Assembly: GCA_000708835.1 (NCBI GenBank)
Contig: DF237425.1
Span: 10,003 to 74,002, forward strand
Source: Klebsormidium nitens
Lineage: Eukaryota; Plantae; Klebsormidiophyceae
DNA: 64,000 nt
Direction: 5' to 3'
Shown here: in pieces, positions 12,407 through 22,513 of the stretch
Layout: every line of letters begins with the position of its first letter
Numbering within the stretch: the stretch's first letter is position 1
Position numbers and translations under genes: made by a program
The notes under the pieces: generated by a model
What the model saw: only the letters and a program-made list of their open reading frames with translations
Told to the model about the DNA's origin: nothing
Database searches by the model: none

Positions 12407-12616
12407 CTCACACTTCGGCACGGGCGCTTTGCCACCACAGTCAGAAACGGTTTGGAAAAGAACGTCCCCTCCGCTGCTTGCCGCCTGGGGCTCCTCGTTA
12501 CAGCTGGACGACAGAAGATCTAGCTCACTCGCCGAAGTGTTTGAGCTGGCTCCACAGGAAAACTGTGGAATCCCAGCTACTGGAGAGCTGGCCGCGATCT
12601 CTGCATTAGGAGCCAT
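12407..12616 (-). CDS. Possible first coding exon of an unidentified gene
   Basis: ATG at 12616, 70 open codons (MAPNAEIAASSPVAG...PKCE) ending at a good donor GAG|GTGAGT. No in-phase downstream exon or recognisable domain found. Confidence 0.22.
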
Positions 12617-14213
12617 GGTTTATCTTACACCCCTGCCAGCTGCAGCGTTTCTCAAGTGCTGTCAATGTCCAGCGACATCTCTAAAGTGTGATGGGCAGAG
12701 CGGCGGTCGTTTGGGGTTGGCAATCAACTGGCGCCCCGGATGATCCCTTGAACGCCGATGCTTAGGAAAGAGAGGGCTGAGCCAGATCAGCGTGTTGTGG
12801 AAGATGGTTTTCCAGCCCAAGGCTTTTTACAAGATAATCAAATCCTGGGTGTTTCTCCGCAGGCTTTAAACGTTAAGTAGCAGCGCCACTTCGGCTTTTA
12901 TCGCAGCTCCGCAGCTTGCAAGATGCGTCAGGCGCGCTGCTTGAATGTTAGACGTTAACAGGCGGCTGCGGCGTGCATTATGCTCTTTCTTTCTTGCTCA
13001 GGAGTCAGATGTGCTGAGCTGAAAATGACCTCTACAGACTCCAGAGGCAGGATCGTCAACTGCAATGCCCGGGAAACAGGGAAGACTAAGTCTTGGATGA
13101 TGACTGAGCTCAGTGATGTTCGGCAACGCCCGCTCTGACAGTCTTGGCATCTGGCAGCTTCTAAAGTTCTGGCCCACATCTAGCTGTCAAAATGGTTGCT
13201 TTAACCAGTGTTCGACAAGAGCCGACCCCCAGGCAAACAGCAGCCGACGAAGGTGCCGACCGAACGTTACCGGAGTTACCGAACGGAGGGGCGTCGCCGC
13301 GTCGGCCGAAAAGCGGTGGACAAGCTAGGCGAATTCCGGGTGTTTGGCCGGGAAGAGCCGACCGGTTCCGGGCTCAGCTGACCGACCGGAGAAACAGTCG
13401 GCTTGGAGTCGACAAAATCGAAGCTCCGTATCGAACGCTTGGTACAAACCCGGCCCTCGAAGTTTGGAGTCCGGACAATTGATTACTGGTAGCGGTAACC
13501 TCCACTGTCCAGGCTCCAGAGTAGGACCTCCTAGGTATACAGACGGGCCGAAGCAGCAAGCGCGGCGGTTGCAACGCCAACAGCTCTACTACAGTAGTAC
13601 AGCGGTACCTACCGTCGAGTAAATGATACATGGGCTCAGCTGAATTATGCACGATAATGGCACATGGATGCGCGCGCCGCCCTCAGGCTCCGGGGGACCC
13701 GATAATACAGGGCCGTCCACGACTCACAGAAGTCGATCACAGTACAGGATTCCATGCAGATGCCCACAAAGATATTATTGTTCAGTAGGTACTCGCAACC
13801 AGTTACAAATCAGCGAGTCACAAAAGTACCCACAGTGCAATCAATTGTCCGGACTCCGAAGGTCATCACATTGTGATGATTGATCTGGATTCTGAAGTCG
13901 GCTGAACTTTCGGAACACAAACTGTGTATGCAGTATACAAGGTGGAGGAACCCTCTGCGACAAGTGGTATGGTTTCACACCTCCGATTCAGAAGTGGCCA
14001 GCTCGAGACATACAAGCTTCAAGTTCAGCTCAGGTTGCTGCTCTCCCCTCCGCATGCTGCTCTCTTCTCTTCATTTGAATCCTGTCTTGAAGCTTGTCCT
14101 TGCAGCACAAACAACGACTTGGTCATAGCTCAGAACTTGCAATCTCAAGCGGTGGCGCTTCAACTTTATCGCTTTCCTGCGTGCTCCGACGACGCTGGCT
14201 CCTTCAGTGAAAC

Positions 14214-17200
14214 ATGGCTTCCAGTCACAGCGCAATCGCAGCGTCTCTTTCGCCTCTGACGGAGAACCTTCTTAGCTCTCGCAATGCCCTGTGTCAACAA
14301 GTGCACGAGAAGATCAATTCCCGCCGAACTCAGCACCGCCAACTCGACCGGCCCCCCCTCACAATTAAGCCTAGGGGGAGCGTTGGGGCGCCACCGCCAG
14401 CTGTTAAGAAAAGCCTGCCGCCGCAGGAACGTTCCAGCTCGGCGGAGCTGACAGCTGTCAGACCTTTGGACGATATTGCAACGTCAGCAGACTGTTTCTG
14501 TAGCGACGCCCCCAATGCCCTCAGGCAAACTCCAGAGATGCGGGCAGCGTTTGTGAAGAGAGCTATCGACGAGGCATGTGTTCCCTCGGAAGACTTGGCG
14601 GGGAAAGCTCCGGAAGTGAGGGGTATGACTTTAATGGTGGCGTGGATTACGCGGCCATCATGCAGCGGATGTATACGACGGGGTTTCAGGCGACGCACTT
14701 TGGGCAGGCGGTGCGGGAGCTAAATCGTATGGTGAGCGGCTTATAGTTTATGGGTGCTTGTGTAAGGAATGAGTTGGGTAATCCGCCTGCTTAGATTCAG
14801 AGCCAGAAGTCCTTAAGGCAGCTCCAATACGAAGATGTAGGAGTAATAATTCCCTAAGCGTGACCTGTGATGAGTGCGCCAAGTCCTGATCATCAACCTA
14901 GCGCTGGGTGTATGAGTTTGTAGAGTGGGTTCTGTGTCCGGTTGTGAGTCAGTTTGCATGAGCTTCCATGATCCCACGCTTTGACACCCTCAGGAAAGAG
15001 AGGAGGAATGAAAGACGACCGACTCAATCATGGAGCCCGGTTCAAAGAGACTTCCCCAGCTCGAAACTGTGTTACAATTGCTCCTATGGATCGCAGCTGA
15101 TCTCTAAATCTGTGTCAAAAACGTTCATCAGTGGTAACATTTGCGGGTGGTCTGGTCGCGATCCTCGCAGCCAACGTAAAGTCCAAAAGATGATAAGAAA
15201 AGACACGCACGTCCACCCAACCTGTCATGTTTTGCTCGCAGCTGGACTGGCGCCTTTCAGACGAGCCGCTTACGTCAGCGACGCCTCCCCAGTGGCGAGA
15301 CCAGCGCTTCCGCGAGTCAGTGAAGGCCAAGATCTTCTTGGGGTTTACGTCCAACATGACGTCATCTGGCAACCGGGAGATCATTCGTTACTTGGCACAG
15401 CATAAGCAGGTGAAAACACGCCCTCTCCTTCTACATTGTCCGAATCTATTCTTCCAGTGAAAGTGGAGCTAGGTCTGGTTTTGTCTCCTTTCCGGCAGAG
15501 TCATTACTCTCAACCCTTGCCAATTTCACATCCGCGCCAACGTTTTGCAGACTCTTGACTACTCTCATTTTGCCTTTAGTTCAGACACAAAGGGGATTCT
15601 TTCCGCAAAAGAGTGTCTGGGCACTCTTTGCTCTTGCACGACCACACTAGTTTGATAACCCAGCTACGGAATCAATCCTCAGTTGGAACGGACATCTGTG
15701 CAAGAGTCTCAAGCAGCTAGCGTCCTTTCGTTGGCAGAACACCGCCCTTCAAACGGCTGAAGCGCGGCCGTCTCAGATGCCGCATCCTCGCCGCAGGTCG
15801 ACGTCATGGTGTCGTCAGCGGGCGGCATCGAGGAAGACTTCATCAAGTGCCTGGCGCCGACGTACGTGGGCAGCTTCGAACTAGAGGGGCGGGCGCTGCG
15901 CGCGCGGGGGCTCAACCGGACGGGCAACCTGCTGACGCCCAACGACAACTACGTCAAGTTCCACGACTTCGCGTTTCCGGTGCTCAAGCAGATGCTCAAG
16001 GAGCAAGAAGAGGAGGTGACTGGAAACTCCTCAATCTGCCTTTCAATAATATACATTGAATCTGTACGATAATGCCAAATCTAACGAAGTTGGAGAACTC
16101 AGGTAGATACCAGAAGTTCTACTTCGCGGTGCTCAAGCAGATTCTTAAGCAGGAACCCAAGAAAAATAGGTGAAAGCGAACCGGGACAGCCCAGATAATT
16201 CGTGCTTTGATTTGGCGCATGAATTTCATACATGATTTCGGCATAGCTTCGCTCCTTTCGCTCTCCTTGTCCCTTTGGCGTTCAAGTCAAGACCATGTCT
16301 TCTCTGCGTGTTCCTCTCACGAACCACCGAAACAACTCAAATCCCACTTCCGTTCACTATCTGAAGCGTTCTACCAATGTCGCCCAACTTTCGATGCCCC
16401 GACACTCTTGTTGAATGCAAAGGAGCTTGGCTCCTGACGGTTCGGACGTCAAAAGCTTCGGACGTCTCCTCGCGGGCGTGAACTGGACGCCCTCCAAGAT
16501 GATTCACCGCTTCGGGAGGGAGATCAACCATCCGGACTCCATCTACTACTGGTGCTACAAGGTACGCGAGAGTCTTATCAGGCTCTTTTTAGCAAGGCCT
16601 TCAGAATCAGCTGGTAATTGTTTGCTGGCAATTAGTGAGATGGACATTCAATGACACGCTGATTTGACTCACAATCGCAACTGGCCTCTCAGATTAGAAT
16701 GCGACTGTGTGTATTTTCTTGGTTATGCTTGTTCTCATAAGAAAATGTACGACGTCTAGCTCCCCATTCCAACCGAGAAAGACTGTCTTAGGACTGTCCG
16801 ACACTCCCTGATAGGTACTTGGCGATTCAGAACCTTTCGTATGGCTCGTTCTTCTCCGTGCTTAGAGGGGCGATCGCCCACGTTATCTCCTCCAACGCAT
16901 TTAAGCTTTTAGCTTGTCTTATCGACCGTGCTGAGAGTGTTCTTCGCCCAAGTCTCCATTTTTTGTGCTTTTTCAGTCAATAATGGCTCCCGAGGCCAAC
17001 ATGATGTGGCTGAACTGGTTGGATTTGATGCTCACCGTCTCCTCTTCCTTTCAGAACGATATCCGCGTCTACTGTCCCTCGATCACCGACGGCAGCTTCG
17101 GCGAGATCCTGTACTTCCTGCATCACCACCAGAGCGAGATCAGAGGCCCACAGCTAAAGCTCGACTTATCCGAGGGTGAGTACTAGCAGCCTTGCCATCA

Positions 17201-18755
17201 TGCGAGACAATACGTGCCCGCCACGTGGCCCTCTGGCAACACAATCCTTAAATCTCAACCGAGGCCTCGCAAGCGACCAATTGGTTGAGGCTCCGCTTTT
17301 CCGGTTGCTTCACTAGAAAGGCAACAGCGCTCAGAGACCGCCACGTGTCACCCGAGACAGCACGTTTCTCTGCTCTGATGAGAGGTTACGCGCGCATGAA
17401 GGCCCTGAGCGGCTCTTTCAGTTAAGGCTGTCTGTTTTTAGATTCTCTGTGCACGAGAGTTTCTCGACTTGCTTGATGACGGGAGCTCGTCCTCATCCAG
17501 TCGGAACTACACAAAGTCCCCTTTCAGGACACTACCTGTAACCTCACACCCGAAAACATGGCGGTACGACCATTTTGACGTGATGAATCTTTCAGTCAGG
17601 CACGGCTCTTCATGTCAAAATTTCCTTCATCAGCCCGCCCGCTGGGCAGACATTTTTTCCCTCTCTCGATAACATTCCAGTAGATACTTCGTACATACAA
17701 TCGCACGGGACGAAGCAGCCCTCGAACGTTTTCCTGCTCTCCTTTTGCAGACATCGTTGCGATGTCCAACGAGACCGTCATGAGCCCACCCCAAAAACGC
17801 GGTATTGTCATTCTGGGCGGCGGACTGGCGAAGCATCACATCTGCAACGCGAATCTCTTGGCCGGGGGGGCTGATTTTGCGGTTCTCGTAAACACCGCGA
17901 ACGAGTTCGACGGCTGCGATTCGGGGGCGCGCACCGATGAGGCCAAGTCGTGGGGCAAGATCAAGGACACCGCGCAGGCAGTAAAGGTCAGTATGGGCGA
18001 CTATTGTACTTATAAGGGTTTCCATTCAAGCAAGCTCGCAGATTCTGCATCACCACGTGTCCGTTCAGGTGTATCCTAGAAACTTCTCACCTTTCGAAAA
18101 CACAGAGCGACCTGATAGCGAGCGCAGCTTTGATGGGAAGGCATGTGGCGCTCAAAACAGTTGGTGCATAAGGTGCTCGACTGAGACCCAAACATTTACA
18201 AGATTCTCTGCACTTGTGAAACGACAACCTGTAAAGGAATATCTGAGGCGAGTGTCTCGTTACATATTGCAAGCTGCGGAGACACAGGGAGCAGGAGTTG
18301 ACTGCCTGTCGCCGCGTTCAATGCAAGTGCACTGCATTTTTGAGCGCCCACAAGGGGATTGTCTGGAGACTTCTGCTGCACAAGGGCACATTGTCTGACT
18401 TGTCTCACGAAATTCACACCAATACAAGTGCACTGAAACAAGTGTCTCTCTGACAGCATCATCTGATCTGATGACCCCACGTTAACCCTTTCTATCTGCT
18501 TGCTAGGCGACTCATAACGGGGCCCCGTACAGCCTCAGTATCTTGATAGGAACCCCATACCAGCATCTTAATATGCCGAATTGCAGGGACCGTAAGGTTA
18601 AGATTTTGTCATTCTATCGCGCTGATGCAACGCGGTTCTACGTCCAGGTTTACGCGGACGCTACTCTCGTGTTCCCGCTTCTTGTGGCGGAGACATTTGC
18701 CCCCCGGGTAGTAGCGGCGGCCCGGGGGATCCCTTCCGAGCGCTGCCAGTGTTAA
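14214..18755 (+). CDS. DHS: Deoxyhypusine synthase-like protein (divergent; frameshift at about 14622 and a missing AG acceptor at 16474 as assembled)
   Basis: Exons 14214(or 14538)-14731, 15242-15409, 15797-16015, 16475-16561, 17055-17175, 17751-17986, 18648-18755. Motifs: [82 protein letters not shown] (catalytic Lys retained), [17 protein letters not shown]. Confidence 0.93.
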
Positions 18756-18870
18756 TCGGCAGCAGTGCCTGCATGAGAAGTCGAAGGCCCGGGGGATCCC
18801 CTCGAGCGCTACCATTGCCCCATAAGAGCAGCGGCCCGGGGAATCCCTTCCCAGCACTGCCAGTGCCAGG
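18717..18870 (+). repeat. Three imperfect copies of the terminal DHS coding segment extending into the 3' UTR
   Basis: GGCCCGGGG(G/A)ATCCC(T/C)TC...GC(G/A)CT(G/A)CCA(G/T)TG at about 18719, 18787 and 18833. Confidence 0.8.
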
Positions 18871-20288
18871 TGGCAATGTTGATTACGTGAGGATCTGAAA
18901 GCCCCTGGAGCAATCAAGTCAGCGCTACCTGCACGAAACGATCTTGTTGGGTGTCCGGGCGAGACATGTTAGGAGGAAAGAGAAACGAAGCAAAATGTAT
19001 TTAGCTGTGAAGATGGACGCTAGAGAATTGTTTTTGGACAGCCAGGAAACGATTTTCATGGAACAAGCGAGCTCTGTAGGCAAAGTTTTATTTGAGAACG
19101 ATAATGATGTTCAAGGAACAACGAGCTCTGTAGGCAAGGTTGATTGAGAACTCTTTGCAAGGCGTTACCGATTCGCATGTAAAAAGTAGGATCGAAGCGT
19201 ACAGATTCTCAGATCCCGGTACATTAGAAAGTATAAAAGGACATCGTGCAGTACATTGGCTAGAATGTGGTAGACTCCCTTGCTACAGTCGGTTCAAAGT
19301 TGAAACAATAAGTATGGGGAGAACACTGAGATTAGATGAGCTATCCGAGTCTTATTTCTCGGAATCGAGCGCAAATTTCTCTCAGCTAGTAGCGCAGTGG
19401 AATTCCAATGGTTGAGAGGATTGAAGTTTTTTCACAGCAGGATACAACATGTACACGTTTTCAGGAAAGATTGAGGCCGTCATCCGTTCTGAACCGGCCA
19501 AAAAGCGATGCAGATTGATCACGACAAAACGCGCATGGCCGCGCACCTCTATAATCCTATAAGTAGGAGTAAAGGAGGAGTAAGTGGAAGCAGGCTTCCT
19601 GCATCGGCCGCGCAGTGACTGTATGCCCTTCTGCCAGCCATCGTCCAAGGGCTGAGCTCGAAAACATCAAGCAGTGCATAAGTATACAATGATTAATCCT
19701 GATTGAGTGAACCGCATAAGCACAGATGGGTTGCTTTCCAAGGTAATCGGATGGCCTGAACCTTGACGATTGTACTCGCATGCACGTGGACAAGGCACGT
19801 ATAGCGATCGCGATGCAAAAATGACGGCTCATGATCATCTCAACAAGAATCGTGCTTCTGTGCAGATGGTCTGGAAAACGTTGAGATCGTGATTATGCGA
19901 ATGATACTTGCCCAATATTATACTCGCTCTCCACTTCAAACAGGCCGAGACGCAATAGGGCTTTTACATCTCACACATTTCCGACGTCCCATGGATCTTC
20001 GCACTGATGGTTTTGCAAAGGGCTGTGACGTTGATCGAGTGTACTAGTCAGGGTCGATTCAACAGCCACTCTGGTGAATAAGCTGGCAGGAACCGGAATT
20101 GCCTCACGATTATCTCCTGACAGGATCTGACAGCTTCTTCAAAAAATGCACTCAGTCCTATCGATTGCAGACCTATCGATCCTTTCACCTACAGCTCACG
20201 TGGCCAAATGTGTCCGAGTTCCTGATCGACGTTCGAAAGCTGAACACCTATACTGCGCACATTAATCCAAAGGCTAACTTTCATCTTC

Positions 20289-22513
20289 CTAAAGCTTGTC
20301 CTCTTCCCCCGCGGCCGCGCCGCGTTCTATAAGGCGTTGGACGTACGGCATGAAGTGGCCCTCATAGCGTTTCCGGACGTCCGGCCGCTGATAATCGCTG
20401 CCCAACAGCTTGCCGCGGCAGTTTTTGGAGCCACAGAGGCAGGATTCCCAGCCCGAGATCTGATACCTGCAAAAGGAAAGAAAGGTGACGGCTTTTGAAA
20501 AGCCGCAGGTTGTGCTTGTTGTGTGAGGCGCTTGATCCTCGATAGAAGACGGCCTTAATGTTATGTCGCGGCGCCCTTGAGGCTGCAGTACCCAGCTTCG
20601 AGCTCAATCAAGATCAGTTGCAATCTCGTTTGCGGTTCGGAAATCTCGGTTGCAGCAAACATTCACTTCATTATCCCAACGCCTCCTCATCGTGGGTTTC
20701 GTTGATTCACAAGCTTGAACACGTCCCGACCAGAAAAAGAGTCGGCCTTGCAAATGCATTGCTTGCTATGCAAACGAAAAGCTTCCCCAATGAAAGGTAC
20801 CCGTTAACGCGTGATTCTACAGTAGGTGCCCGAATCTACCAGGCTGCTCAATTGGGTCTGTTCAAGCACCTTTGCAACAAGCAGACCGAAAAGTAGATCT
20901 CCGGTGACCCCCCAATTCTCACCTGAAGTCGGTCGTCTCGGAGGTGGCGTAGTCGAATGTAATCTCCTCTCCGGCCTTCATGGCGCGGCGCGCGAGCATG
21001 CGAGCGGGGTCCTCCGTAAGAAACCTGGGAAGTAGAATAGCAGGGGCGCGTTTGGGTTTCTGGCAGACGGTATGCGCCCTTGTCCATGCGGAAACCAAGC
21101 ATAGTGCAGCTTGGTCCCTCGAAAGCTAACGCGTTTGTAATCCTCGAAGCGCTTGGCCGCCGTGTTCTATAAAGTGGCCAGGATGATAACTGCTTTAGGT
21201 TGGAATGCTTTAAGGTGCATAGGATCGTGTTAGAAGGTCGCACTTTGACAAACTCCGATCGTCAAGCAGGCGTCCACTGATATGTGGCGTACGCTGCAGC
21301 GAAACGTATGCTCCGAAGCCATTCTGACTGAGCTGGGCTTCGAACACCTGTCATCCGTTTCACGAGCAGCAGACTCTAGCACATGACAACTTCAAGGCGG
21401 ACTGGCTCTACTCCACATAGCTGGGCCCACCGTAAAGTTCTGACTGGACCCAAAAAAAGAGAGACGAAACAAAAGGGACGAAGCAAGTCGAGTATTATGC
21501 CACGTCTAGGCACTTACCAGCAATTCGGATCACAGCTGTGGTTCATGTAATTCGAAGCGTCGCTGCGCACGATCTCCAAGCTCCCCACTCCCGCAAACGT
21601 CTCCTCTTCGATCTGGTACGCATAGTGCATGAACTCGCGCTGGCGTTCCGAGGGCCAGGACTTGATCTCTGGAAGGGTATGCAGGTACTTGTCCGCACTG
21701 CATCGTAGAAGGGGAGCTTTGATCAGCAGTCACCAAGCCAGCTTTCCGGGAAAGTGTATAGATTGGGGCCAAGTACATCTCGAGGTTGTTGTGCTAATTG
21801 ATTTCGCTGGCGCTCCAAAGGCCAGACCCGGATCTCCGCAGACGAATGCACCTTACATGTTGCACTGCATCGTAGGAAGGAGAGCCTTCAGTCCTTCCAA
21901 GCGAGCTACTCTTACTGGAAGGGGAGCTTTCAACCTTTCCCTTTCTCTTCATGCTTTTAGGAAGGGGAGTATAAACAGCCTCCTTTGAACAAGCCTTCGA
22001 GGAATGAAGTGCGCTGAACTTGGGGACAATCCAATGATTCTGTGAGCTGCTGATCCAATAGGAGCAGAAGGACCCCAAAACACGCAGCTTGTTTGAGAAA
22101 GGTTGTATCAATTTTCCTGCACGCCCGGTTGCGGTTTCTTGGCCCATCTCTTGGCCCATCATTTTTAATTCAAGCGATGTGGATATAGAGCATCTAGGTC
22201 GGCTTCAACAAACTGGAGAATCTACCTAGATCACGCTCTAATTCCTTATCTCCTGCCAGAGACGGTCCTTAACCCACAGGCGGGAGCAGCAAATGCCTAC
22301 AGAATCAGCCGCCGTCCAATCTCAGCTTAGAAACCACACGAAGCCCAGAAGGGGGTCTCACTTGTACGTGTCATCGCTCCATATCACCTCCCCTTCCTTG
22401 ATCCCTGCCGTTGCGAAAAGACCCATCCCGCCAAGACGGCTATCTCGGAGCTCAACGTGCTGGTGCAGGGAGAAGTATTTGGGGTCCCGTTCTGGGCCGG
22501 TTACAGCAACCAC
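20289..22513 (-). CDS. Small SET + post-SET domain protein (putative lysine methyltransferase), paralogue 2; 5' exon not identified
   Basis: Exons 22513-22362 (VELRDSRLGGMGLFATAGIKEGEVIW), 21697-21518 (NYMNHSCDPNC), 21024-20923 (MLARRAMKAGEEITFDYATSE) and 20466-20289 (CLCGSKNCRG, DYQRPDVRKRYEGHFMPYV) join in phase. TAG at 20291-20289. Mostly missed by the supplied ORF track. Confidence 0.87.

Noticed and set aside
14616-14626. Programmed ribosomal frameshifting as the main explanation of the DHS shift
   Set aside because: No canonical slippery heptamer, and similar 1-nt homopolymer lesions occur in unrelated genes; kept only as a testable alternative.
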